Of a stretch of 64,000 bases of DNA, positions 27,901 through 45,668 are shown one piece after another; positions within the stretch are counted from its first letter, which is position 1; every line of letters starts with the position of its first letter. The DNA lies in assembly GCA_051362555.1 (NCBI GenBank), contig CM120640.1, forward strand, positions 21,762,001 through 21,826,000, written 5' to 3'. The position numbers were made by a program, and so were the translations under genes. Origin of the DNA: Lingula anatina. Lineage: Eukaryota; Animalia; Brachiopoda. Below the pieces are notes generated by a model. The model had not been told where the DNA came from. It did not search any database and worked only from the letters and a program-made list of their open reading frames with translations.

Positions 27901-29405
27901 TTGCCATGTCCGTGTATACAAAGTGCAAATATGCATACTGAGGTGCCAAACATTTTTATATTGTGTTTGTTGTGAAAGTTTGTAGTGATTTCTCTCCCAG
28001 ATGAAATGCTGCGGATCAGAAAACTGGAGAGACTGGCAGCAGTGGAATGACTCTAGATTACCCTGGTCATGTTGTGAACGAGCTGTTAACAAATCATGCC
28101 CCAGTTTGTGTAATCTAAATATAAACTACAACGACACAACTGACCCAAGTGGCATTTACTCAAAGGTATAAAAATTTCTTCAGTATTTAAACTTCACAAA
28201 ATAGTTAATACATTATCAGTCTTAGTAAGAAAGCTTTAACAACAAATAATTACAATAAAATCAATAAATTTTGTCATCATTTCATTCCTTATCCCCACTG
28301 CATAGAGGACAATAATTTGCGGTAAGTAAATATGCATAATAGTCTCGTATGTATTGCAGGGATGTAAACCCCAACTACTGGATTGGGCCAAAGAGAACTT
28401 GATTATATTAGGGGCTTTGGGAATAGCAACTGCCTTTATAGAGGTAACAAACAACCTTGTCAATGTAAATATAAGTATTTTTGACCCCCCCCCCCCAAAA
28501 AAAAAAAAAAAAAAAAATGATAATAATAAATAAATAAATAATGATACATAAAAATAATATCCAATGATTCCTGCTGTTACCCATCCAACACTTGATATCA
28601 TGATGCCCTCACTGCTGCTCTTGTATCCGTTTCATGTTGAAATTTTTGTTACTAATTATCTCAGCATTTTCAGATCTGCCCAAGTGGGTGACACTGAAAC
28701 AATATTTTGGATTTTTGGTATAAACCTTGTGTTCATTTATTTTTACTTATATAAAATAACAGCATCTTTTAAAGAGGTTTGTTGATTTTTTGCAGCTCCT
28801 GGGCATGATCTTTGCATGCTGCTTAATCAAAGCCATAGATGACCAGTAACAGATGACCAGTCATAGAAAAGAAAAGAAAAGTGTGAAAACATTCATAATT
28901 ACTCCAGATTCAGTTTGTTTCTTGGCATTAGAAATCTACAAAATGTGGAAATTGAATAGATTTGTATCAGTGATGCTGCTAAATGTAATGCAAGTGCTTA
29001 AAATTAAGAATCCTAGCCATGTTGGAATGGTTTCAGATATTATAGTTATTGACAGTTACTTTGCAGACCTTAGAAAAGCAATATTGAGAGAATTCTTAGA
29101 TATAAGATTGTATTCTATGCTAATTTGAAAATAATTTCTCGCATCAGATTGCCTACCTACTTGCAGTTACACACTGGAATCACTATCCATATTTCTATTT
29201 CATCAAGCCAAAAACATGATTCATAAGCTTCTTTTATATATCTATATTGTAAATATACTTTTATAAAGAGTAAAACTATTAGTATTCCTGCTAAATGAAG
29301 CATATAATTCTAGTTGAGAAGGCATCAAAGCCATTCAATGGGCAGACATAAAGGGCAAATAAACTAATATTTTGATGCAATATGTCATAATAATTTACAG
29401 CAAAA
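24956..29405 (+). repeat. Segmental duplication, copy 2 (contains tetraspanin E); boundaries approximate
   Basis: Colinear similarity to 20008-24030, including the introns. Confidence 0.9.
25936..28849 (+). CDS. Tetraspanin E (about 246 aa), recent paralog of D
   Basis: Exons 25936-26001, 26418-26609, 26932-27006, 27588-27692, 28001-28165, 28360-28443 and 28796-28849 (..KAIDDQ*). Exon sizes match D except for the last. Frame intact. Confidence 0.92.
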
Positions 29406-30912
29406 TAAATATTCCATCAAAATAATAGTTTCAATATTCCAATAATATTGACAGTGGGTTTTTATTATGTCTACTGGCAAAATATCCAGGAGTTCACAGC
29501 ATCACGCACCCAACTGCAATCACAGACACAGAAAATGGTTTCATGTCCAGAAAATGTGTCTGTATATAAATAAAATGATAGACTGAAATGTTTATTTAAG
29601 TAGCATCACATAACATTTAATTTTATAATACAAACCATGATATGAAAGTGCATTTTTTTATTTGAATAATATCACATACAAACATTCTGTACATGTTGAC
29701 CCTTGTGGAATATACATGTTCATTCTCTTTTCAACCCCCATCAAGTTATAAGCATAAAACACTTATCTCTGCAACTTGTTTTCCTTACAAAAAAAATTTT
29801 CAGCTGTAAGCAAGAATGATCTTACTGGAACATACATTAAAATTTCAATGCTGAAGCTGTTTAGTCTTTGTAATTAGAGGGGGGAGGTCATAGTTCTATA
29901 TCTGTTTGCTTCAGTTAAATGCTTTATGGTTTATCTTGATCCTAAGCACAGAATGTAACGTGTTCAAAGTCATTTTAAATTGATGTTTCAACATTTTGCA
30001 TTGTTTAAAATTCTAAAATGAGTTGGTTACTAATTCAGTGTTGCCAACTATTCATCTTTGGAATGACAGACTATCAGCAAAAGGCACTGGCAGACAAAAA
30101 AATCACAATCAAAAATGGGCTTTGGACACCATGAAGAGCACAAGTTAGGTTCTAGACTTCAGGAGGTTCTCGACTTGAATTCAGCTGCTTGTCTCCCAGA
30201 TGTTTAGAAAAATTAATGATTTTCCAATTATTTCTCCTTGTTTTAACTCATTTAAAATTGAATAAAATGCTTAGAAGAACATTAAGATTCCAGTTCTCTT
30301 TGTCATGCTTATTTTTTCCTGAAATCCCATATGCGAAAAAATTTCTGATCAATACCTCAAATTAATATCCTTAAGCAGGAAAAAACATCTGTGACAGACT
30401 GACTCATTGTAAACATTATTACAGTCATCAGGTCTCAAGTTGTTCACCTTTTGCAGAATCTGATGAACATAATCAATATAAAAAGATGAACAACTGGTAG
30501 GTTCTCACATTGGAGTAAATCTATGAAAAATTTTAATTTTGATCTGAAGATGCTGTTAAGTGAAGAACTAAGCTTCCATAAGATATTTCTATAAACCAAG
30601 TTCATGCCATTGATCATATAAGTGTTGTAACAACCCATGTTTTGTGACCAACATTAGGTCCCCACATAACAAAAAGTTTACACAAAATTCCCATTCTGAT
30701 ATAGATTATACAGAAAATATAGAGTGAAGTACCAAGCTTCCATGTCAAATATCTATTCATCATATTCATGCTGTTTGATCACCTAATAGTGGTAAATGAT
30801 GTTGAGTTTTGTTACTACATTTCTTTAAAAATGCATTGCAACCAAACAGTTTATGCTGTTATGAAATTTATGCGCTAATATCAAAGCAGCTGGTGTCGTC
30901 TGCTGCACTTCT

Positions 30913-35771
<4,859 letters not shown>

Positions 35772-35795
35772 TCTTCTCTTTTCGGTAAAATTTTG

Positions 35796-35860
35796 CACAT
35801 GGCCGCGCGCTACGTCATCACATTGTGTGCTTACAAAAGCGATGACGTACTTCACATGTG
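35796..35860. promoter_or_regulatory. Putative bidirectional core promoter (PRMT1 and a plus-strand transcript)
   Basis: CpG-rich patch just upstream of the PRMT1 ATG. Inverted CRE/ATF-like sites TACGTCATC (35811-35819) and GATGACGTA (35841-35849), flanked by CACATG and CATGTG E-boxes; ATGGCCGC is YY1-like. A plus-strand donor AAG|GTAAT lies at 35967. Confidence 0.65.
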
Positions 35861-37857
35861 GGGGAATTTGGAAGTTGAAAGTTCAGGAGCTGGTGGCAAA
35901 CTTACCTGCTTTATCAGTCTGGAAGAGAGCAGATAGTCGTTAGCAAAGGAAACAAGACTAGAAAAGGTAATATGAGGTACTTTTAAATAATTATTTTTTT
36001 AGTTTAATTTGCATTCACGATCATCATACCTTATCATGGTTGCGACGGTCGCGTACGCACAGCCACAGGCACAGCTCAACTTGAACTTGCACAGGTTGAG
36101 TGATATTACAGTACCCACTGATTGAAACTTGGAATTGGTTTAGAGAATATTAATTTTATTGCCAAGACTGCAGTCTATCTACGTATATATTTTAAGAGAA
36201 ATAAGTGAGTAGGATAGATTTTCTGTATTTCCGATTTTTTTCATTCTCCTAGATTTTTTTCTCCATACTAGTACACATCTACAAATGTATTTTATACTAT
36301 ACATTTGGAAAAAAATGAAGTTTTATTTTTGTCGAACTTCGCTTTTCTGACGCTACGTGTACTACCACAAGTACATTCAATTTGATATGTGTAAGCTCAT
36401 GATGTAGAACTATTACAAAACTAAGAAAATTCAGTGAAGAGATATTTCAAAACTAAAAAGATTCAGTGTAGAGATATGGCAAAGCATGCTGTTTTTTTTT
36501 CATTGGTATTGTAAATAACTGTTAGGAACAGAACTCCAAAAAGCATGTCACTTGGCATAGGCCCACATGTACCTGTGCAAAATTGTTACTGTTAGAGATG
36601 TGAGAGAAAAAGAAATTTACATAGCAGATATTGCAGAATGTTTTAAAACAAATTATATATATTTTCAATATAAAAAAGAATTATAAGTTGTAGTACTTGT
36701 GTTACTAATTCCCCTTTCACTAGAATAAAATATATTTTTCCAGCAACAGTTGTCAGCTTGGTTGAATATAGATTGCTGTCACCTTTATGTATTTAGTTCA
36801 TCTCCATCTGGGCCAACTTACATAGTTGATCTCAAAACTAGTCTTCCAGCTGGTTCAACCTATTTTAGTTAAGTGTTATCATTATTCAGTTGAAACACAT
36901 GTCAGACCTACATCAAGTCAGGGAATAAAGCATTTGTAGTAAAAATGTCAGCGATAAAGATTGCTTTCTGGTGGGTTAGCCTCAGGTACAATTCATTGTT
37001 GAAGTCTGTGAGGTGGTGTGTGAAATAGACAGCTATTTGATATCATCAGTGCAGGTTGGACAGTGTCATAAATTTGCCCTTGTGAAATCAGATAGTTCTA
37101 TGGTAGGAGTTAATGCAGGTACTCATGCAAGTGAAATGGATAATTTAAGGTGATAAACATTTTCTATACATATATTTACCAAGGGTAACATATCAGAAAT
37201 TGAATGGAACTATTCTCAAGAGAGTCATGCCACAGTTGAAGTACCCATTTGTGAAATGCATTATTTCTTTTCTTTGTGCAAGAAAACTTGCGGAAAACAT
37301 TTGGATCAGAGATGTTGTAGAGAGAATCCCCCTTTGATTTATGAGATGCTTTAGACTGCTAAATGCATCCATGTTTAAGGTGATAAGGAAAGGCCACAAT
37401 AATGTTGTGTACCCTGTAGGTCAGCAATAAAGGTACCTATATGAGGCTTTAAACTATTGCCATTAAATTGTAAACTGCCTTTCACTTCATCTGATTTTAA
37501 CAAATGTACTTCCATTTATTGATATATGAAGTGCTTGTAACCCACAGTTCACTTGTGATATACTTAAACTGTAGGCTTAATCATTGTTTTTACCGAAGAA
37601 GAAAATAATGTTATTATATAAAACAGCTAAAGCAGACATTGTGCCAGATAAAGTTATTCCCTAAGGGCTGGTAGATTTGCCTATTAAAAGTCACTAAATC
37701 ATGTGTTGGTGTATAGGAGACTTGAAATCAGCCAAGGAATACTCCACAGTGATCAAAATCCATGCTGGAAAAATTTCTAACTCTTTCCCATATTATGGTC
37801 AATAATATCCATCTCTATTAATGGAGTCATATAAAATGTGGTCAGTGAAAATCAAAT

Positions 37858-40461
37858 AAGGTCGCGCGACAAGGTTATTTTCAGTTGCACTCTGGATTAC
37901 GCACGCTTGCTCCGCAAGGTGTCGCCTGTGGAGGGGGGGCAGCACAGCCCATGTTGTTACTGTGACGAAGGTGACAAGTACTTCCGAACATTTTTCATAA
38001 CTGTCATTATTCCTCATTCTATTCACAAATTTGATATTTACGGCAATGGAAAATGTGGCACTGACAAAAGTGGGTCTAGGTGCGTTGACGGGCCGCACAG
38101 GTGTCCCCAACATTAACCGCTGCCAGAGAATCCCGAAGCATTAAACTACACAACCTGTAGATATTGGAAATTTGGCCAAATTTAAGCAAATGAGGCTTTA
38201 TTAGATTTGGGTAGAAATAGAGAGGAATGTCCAGTGACATACCAAACCCCTAAGTTTAAGTCTTGGCCTTTGACACCTGTAACGCACCCCTTAGTCAAGA
38301 ATCTTAACAAATCAACGTTGGGCAGGTATGCTTTGTTTTCTCCCGGCGTTTTTGTGATTTTATCAACTTGATTGTCCAGTGCCAGACCTTTTGTTCCCAG
38401 GTCCTAGTAGCAAACTTTATCAGATAACAATCTGACACTAACCACTCTGCACTAACAGCGCCGTAAACCCAGTTATCAATGCTGTCATCTTTACCTGTAT
38501 CTCTACCGGTATTATACCAGTGGTACGTCCGATATATATCAGTAAGGAAATATGCTGTGATGCTTATATTTATTTGTAATACGTTAGCATCAACCTGTTC
38601 ATAAAAACTTGGATCCTTTCAGTATTATTACACAATAATAGTATATTGACATCATGGGAGTTGTTATGATTAAATGCTTAGAAGAAATAATAAAAACAGA
38701 TTACGTAAAATAAAAAATGAATTAATTTTATTTGAGTTATTTTTTTTTCAAACCAATTAATTATCAAACATGAATATTATTTTCAGAAACATCAACATAT
38801 ATTACTGCATTATAAATCTGCTGGTAAACAGATCTACAGTTCTAAAATGCAAATACCAAGTACCTTTCACACACAAATGATGAGATGTAAATAATCATAT
38901 GTATAAAGTAGTAAAAATTTCACAAAATGTGTGTAGGCAAGATATTTCTACAAGTAACCTCATTAATCAGTCAGGAAACTTCATAATGCCCTCAATAAAT
39001 GTAGAAATTTGAGCAAGAGAAATTCTACATACATGTGTACAGGCATGACAGATTTACCATATATTGCCACCAACCTTAAACTGAATGGGCATTTTAAAGA
39101 ACAAAGTGAGTTAAAAATGAATAAGTAATAAAAAACAGATACTGTCATTCTTAATACTTAAAAACAATGGCACCTTGCAGCCTTCACTGCCTCACTATTT
39201 GCAAACAATGTTCTAGCCACTGTCACTGTGTACTTTTGATGAGGCATAGATGCACGGATAACTCCTTTGAATTATATTGTGGAGGTCTTTTTTGTCATCA
39301 ATCTGACACATATAACCTGAATGTACATATTGCAATTCACACCGTAGCGGCTTGTCTTAGTTAGGACTCAACCAGTTGAAAACTTGTGGCACTGTTTCAG
39401 GGACAGGATCACACAAACTACCCTTGCAGTGATGATGGATCTACTAGTACATTATCTATCTCTTGTCCTCCTAGTTTCTCTAATACTATTTCCCCTGATC
39501 TATGCTCACATCAATCTCTACAGCTTTACCAACTTCTACGCAGTTTTTGCATCTGAAAGTATAAAGCAAAAATGTAATTAAGGACTATCAATTTACTTGT
39601 TATATATTTATATTTCAGGGCGAGAGAAAAAAGGCAGAAACCGCATATCATAATCAATATAATTGAAAATCAAATAAGTATAATCAAATAGCTTTAATTG
39701 CACATACTAGTGATGATTTAATCTTTTAAAATTCAGCATGAATTTTGACTCTCTCTTGTTAAAGCATGGCCACTTTATCAAAATGTGCTTGATCAAATAA
39801 TAATAGTGATAATAATAATAATAACCTGCACACATGATGTAATGGTCAACTGCCACAAAAATGAGCTGAAATGTACTTGGTAGCCTGAGAAATAATATCA
39901 GGTATTAATTTGAGCAGCAATAATAGCAATAATACCAAAGAGTTATCAACGACACAAGCATATGATATGGTGTTATATAGCAAAATTTCATGCATAACTT
40001 GCTGTCGCCGTGTCCTCCTCAAACTATCGTGCACATCAGCTTTTGATTTTCAATGTCATCAAAATGTTACATTGTTGTTAGTAAGACCTATGTATCTGCT
40101 ATTCAAATAGTATCGTTTGGAAAATAACTAAAAATTTTAATTATGCTTTTGCAACACGAAATTATCATTAACTTTGCCGGTTCACGTGTACACAGTACTT
40201 TGCTATCAATGCTGCTCTTTTCTCCCCAACTCGCCACTGACAGGCTAACCACATCGTTCCAAAACAAAGTTGGCATGATCCTTTACTTTTGGTGTTGGCA
40301 GTTTCGCCCCGGGAACATCGTCTTCGGTTAAAAACAACGTATCGTATTCACCCATCTTTGCATTGCTCCTGTACAAAATGTCCGCTTGCTGCCCCCCAAG
40401 GGAAAAATCGTAGCACGTGGGTAGTTACGCAAGACCTGTGACGTATAACGCGCGCGACCTT
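37858..40461 (-). mobile_element. Decayed ISL2EU/Harbinger-like DNA transposon (internal deletion derivative)
   Basis: AT|AAGGTCGCGCG ... CGCGCGACCTT|AT (11-bp TIR, AT target). Subterminal inverted GGGGGGCAGCA (37934) / TGCTGCCCCCC (40387). Minus-strand relics: 40199-40355 MGEYDTLFLTEDDVPGAKL..LER(fs)WLAC.. (SAP-like) and about 39163-39345 ..LQYVHSGYMCQI..(fs)FKGVIRASMPHQKYTVTV..KAARCHC (pre-SWIM), both similar to the element at 60453. Confidence 0.75.
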
Positions 40462-43400
40462 ATTAAGTTGATAGGGCCTATGATCATGCACAAATCATGT
40501 CATTTGTGGAAGATTAGGTTTCCCACAGAGGAACACTAATGCCGCCCATACTAATGGTTGATGATGGGGTGTAGTGTACATGTGGTAGCAGCTACCTTCA
40601 GTCAGGATGATTCATTGGGCAGGTATCCTAAGATCAGTCATGTCTGCACCTGTGATAGTGTGTGTGTGAAAGAAAGATAAAAAAGACTAGAAAGAAGTAC
40701 TATCTGGGAATAGTTAAATGGTGTCTGCATCACAAAAGTGAAGGTTACTATTCTTTACTTGTAAGTAGACCTGTCCTTTGGTATATATATATATAAAGCT
40801 AGCAGCATCTGAGATATATGTATATTTTATTTCTTATATCTTTTGTTAAATGGAAAGCAAAGAAACAAGTCTTAGTGTTCTTTGTTCAGTAACTGTACTC
40901 TTTCTTTACTGTATGCCTTTCTGAACTAGTTCCACAAGATGGAAGGATTGAACTACCTACCTTTTATTGAATTGTTTATACAGCTCATGCTTTGTTTCTC
41001 TCAGGTGAGAAGATTTACACATTGGATTAAGCCAAGGACCAAATAAAGTTTTCATTAGATATATGAGCCAGTCAATAACATTTATCTAAGTTCCTCCTGA
41101 GACATTATTGCAAAACTAATATTTGGCAAGTTATTGTTTGAATAATATATGTTAGCAAAGATGAAAGAAGGTTTATCTTGTAGCACAGGGGTATACATCC
41201 AGCGAGACAGTCATATAGATATTACATAACCATATTTCTTATTTGGTTATACTGTATAAACTTCCAATTATGTTGTAAGGAATTAAGCCCTGGATTTACC
41301 TATGCAGTAAATTGATCAGGAACTGTGTGCCTTCTTATGGATATATCAACTTTCCCTGGGTCAGTGGCGATGTAAGGGCTAGCTGAACCATATTATTCAT
41401 GCACCTCTCCTTTTCGAAAGATGCTTTTCCAGTGAAGGTGAAATATTTGAAAGTAAATCCAACAGACCTGTGTTGTAGTTTGATTCAATCACAAAGCTAC
41501 CTTATACTGCAATAACACAATGAATAGTATAGAAAATAAGCCTTTGTTGGAACAGCAAACTACCTCCCATATAGTACCTTTGAGTACACTGTCCCGTTCT
41601 GGGGCCTTGAGTGAAGAGCTATGGCCTGGAGCATGTATAGTTCTAACCACAGCCTCAACAGCCGGCCCTGAAATTAAAAAGTTACAGGAGTCGAACAATA
41701 AGCATGCATCGATTCATTTTTTATTTGCACTGGGAAATATATGGTTTTGAAAGCTTATGCATATTTCCTTTTGAATGCGTAATCAAGGTTTTATATGATA
41801 CACAAAGTCTGGTTTTTGATAAAGTGATGGGCATTGAAAAAAATAGGAAAAGTTTTCTCATTTATTGATTAGACATCTCGGTGTTTAGATTCCTCCCACC
41901 CTACAGGTGTGTAGAGACATAGCAGCAGACGGGGAGGGTTTGTGTGGTAGATCAATGCACCGGTGGGTCAGTAAGTAAAAGACTTCCAGGTCAGACAACA
42001 GAACACACAAGTAGACAGCTCACAGGTATGTACAATGTAGACAGACTTAGGTGACAAAGAACAAGTGTCCACACTGGCCGGGCAGACATGATCAGGTAGC
42101 CCTCTAAGCCTGCTGCTTGTTCTGTTGAGATATTTGTAACTTAAAAATAACTTTAAAAGGGTATTTTTATATGACCCTTTGTTCTGATTTCTTCATTCTA
42201 TATTTTATAATGCTAAGTCTGGGGACCAAGCAGGTACATCCTCGTACATGCCTGTGTCTGCATCTTGATTCATATCTCATCTTTTCTACAACTTGTTCTT
42301 ACGTGATTACTTTTCATGGCTGAGCTCTCGTGTTATCTCAGTTGTTCATAGCTGTTATAATCATTATGTCCTTACAGGATTGTTCTTATCAGTGATGACT
42401 GTGTAAATGTGTAGTTTAATCATAGAAATCTTTACATGAACATGGATGATATGTCTACTCTGAAATCTAATAACCACACTGTACAAGGTATGTTTTGTTC
42501 TTGATATAGCCAGGATGGAGTGTAGTACATCTAGACATGATGTATGAAGGTGTAACTCTTTTATTATCAAATTGTACTTGTTGTTTTAAATGTGAGATGA
42601 TGAAAAAACATTGATTAATATAATTATTTCTTTAGATTTCTAAAAATTACAAATAAAGAATGTGCCTCTTTTATCTTGTATGAAAACATTTTGCTCCTTA
42701 TAAAAATGTTTTTTCAACAGTATATTTAACTTCACACCATGCAATATGATCAATAATGTAAACACTTGTACCTGCCAAGATCTCTAAATTACATCGACCA
42801 GTTTTTTAAGCTTTCCACATGCCATTGCTCATAGGATACACCAAAATCAGCAGATCTTAGAGCTCCTTCATCTAATAATTTTATAATGAACCCTTCAGCC
42901 CCCACCCTAATCAAAAACCATTAAAAAGTGAGTTCCTAGAAGTCACAAAGAAATAATTAGTCCTAATTGCTGGGGCCAAGGGGGAATTTTTTTTTGCTTT
43001 CAGTGCCAAGTGTGCAACATTAGGTTAAACAGATTCTGCCTACAGCAAGAAGTACTATACTTGCAAGTCAGCTCTTGAGTTGAATACTGCTTCATTCCAT
43101 TGTGTAGTGCAGGAGTAATTTGTCACTGTATCTTAATAAGCTGTCATCTAAACTCTCCCGGGGCATTGTAGGATGATATTTGGTATTCTTAATTTTCTTA
43201 AATGGTGCTGTCAAAAAGTAGAAATCTGGTCCAGACTGTGCTGTGTTGTCCTGCCTACTGCCATTAATATTTAGGTAGGTACATTATATAGCTGTATGTT
43301 GTTTGTTAGATTGCTTTCCTATTGTAAGAAAAGAATTGCATGCTCTATAGTACTATGGTATACTGATACTAGAACCTGTTAAATAGTTTCACGTGTGCTA

Positions 43401-45479
43401 GACTGATATAAAGCACATATTAGATTGAGACATTACAACTTAATTGAAAGAACATCCATAGGTGATTGAGGGAGTTGCACAAGGGCATGAGGGGTTGCTA
43501 TCAATTAAGTTTTCTACTTCCTGAAATAAGATCTGTAACATTAAAAAAAAATTGGACTGAAAATGGCCCTTGAAAGGAATTGTCTTTATGCTGCTTTAAA
43601 TATACTTCACAATCATGTGTTAAGCAGCCACTGGAGATAAATTGTGATCAGTACACACGCACTTCTGATTCCACATTGATTTTGTGATGTGAATGAACAT
43701 GGCATGCAAAAATCTGTGTGATATCTCTCCAAATTTATTGCACAAACTTCCATTGTGTCTCTGCCGTTTGAAAAAAATCAATTAGATATCACAGGAGGAT
43801 ACCTATCTTTAACCTTTAAAAGCAGGGTTTTTGGCATTTTGCCTTGTCTCTGTATGTAGAACATCAATTGCTATTGTAATTGGGAGGTTGTATCATTACA
43901 TGGTTGAGAGGCAGTATCAGATCTTTCCCAGCCTTATGAGCTGTTTGTCATCTGTGTGTAGTCTATGGCAGCACTGTAGGTGTGGTGGCATGCACTTTGA
44001 GTCTGATTGTTCTCCCCCATGTCCCGCTGAGCAGCCTTGGATGTGTTGTACCAGATGCCTGCAGCTACTTTTATACTGCAGATAGTTCCTGGAACATTGC
44101 TGGTTACAGACACACGGTATTGTCAGGGGGCTTTGTTTTTGCCTAGAAAAGAGGAAGGTAATTGAAAATGAATTGTATTCTAATCCTTTCAGGAACCTTT
44201 TTTTTTTCTTGGCATTTGATACGTGAGTGACGATCAGGTACATGTGCTCCCTGGGTAGGTTGTCAGATTACCTGCATGTGGTACATGTTACATTTAGTTG
44301 CATTGGTTCATGTAGTGTCGTATTGTCTCTTTTTTATGCTCTATGTAGTTCTTTGGCTTTGAAGTACTGATCGAAATATTGCTTGTTTAGCCATATAACC
44401 AAATACACAATTTTCTATAATAATTTTATTTAAATACATAAAAAGAGTATTTGATTTCCTTTTCTGAAATAATCTGACTGTTTAAGACTACCAGCTATTT
44501 TTATTGAACTAAACTAATTTAATTATAGAATTGGATTTAACAGAAAATATTTGAGAGCTTACATAAATGTAAGTGGTTTAAAGGTTTGGATTGATGGCAA
44601 ATGTTAAAATCCCCATAGAGATTCAGCGCAGTAGTGAGACGCGTACTAGTCTTGATGTTTTAAGTCTGCAAAGTTGATTTATAAATAATGTCACATAACA
44701 TTGTGTGAGCTGCTATATCAACAGAACCTGGTCCGTAGTGGCAGATAACAGTCTTAATGGTTCACACTACGAGTTGCTAAATTACAGAATTATTCTGCAA
44801 CCATGACCATCAAGATAGTATTGACATTCAGTGTTTGAATGTTGAAATGTGCCATGTTTACTTTTTCCCAGACTGTTTGTTCTTAATTTGAAATACATTG
44901 AAGTTTGGGATATCTGATTTTTCATTCCCTGTTGAAGGTATAGTGATAGCTAGGTAAGGTAAAGTTACATTGAGGCCAGGGTATTTAAAGTTTGGACATA
45001 TGTCCATCTAGTCGAGGACCAGTGATGATTGGTTTAAGGGGTAGTGTTTCACTTGTAAAGAGCATAAATTTACGTATAAGTTGGGTTGATCCTTCCTCCA
45101 TATAAGTTCTTTGCGGGTTGTTTGATTAAGCTACACTCAACATTTTCATTGAAACATTTTCATGGAGACTTAGGTGCCAGAAAGTGGTGGGCAAGAGAAC
45201 TTTTATAAATTACCTTAAATTACCTTAGCTTTCTGTGGGAGAAGAATCAACCCAATCTGTGTATAAACGCACCTTGGTGTGTATAATGACTGTTGATACA
45301 GTGGCATCAGTTTGTTTATACTGCTGACATAAAATAAAGACACTAAATTTGCATTTAATTCACCCGAGTGTTATAATGTGCGACTAACACAGAAAATGAT
45401 ATTTAACTGTTCTAAGTAGATACTGCACTTAAAGCATATATATATATATATATATATATATCTGGGATGATTTCAGTCT

Positions 45480-45668
45480 ATGAGCACATTCAGAACAGCA
45501 GACTGACAGATCCGTGGATCAAATATGGCCGACCCACGTGAATCCTTGTTGAGTATTCCTTACAGAGAGTCTATTTAGTGTCTAATCGAAAATTAAGCGG
45601 CAAACTTTTTAGTGGGTCGCCATTTTTGATCTGCTGATGTGTTAGTCCGCTGATCTGAATATACTCTA
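45480..45668. mobile_element. MITE-like element with imperfect TIRs of about 55 bp
   Basis: GAGCACATTCAGAACAGCAGACTGACAGATC..ATGGCCGACCCAC matches the reverse complement of GTGGGTCGCCAT..TTAGTCCGCTGATCTGAATATACTC. Confidence 0.65.

Noticed and set aside
20008-29405. D/E pair as an assembly artefact (uncollapsed haplotypes)
   Set aside because: Many indels, unique spacer sequence and concentrated coding divergence fit a true tandem duplication better, though read depth was not available to confirm it.
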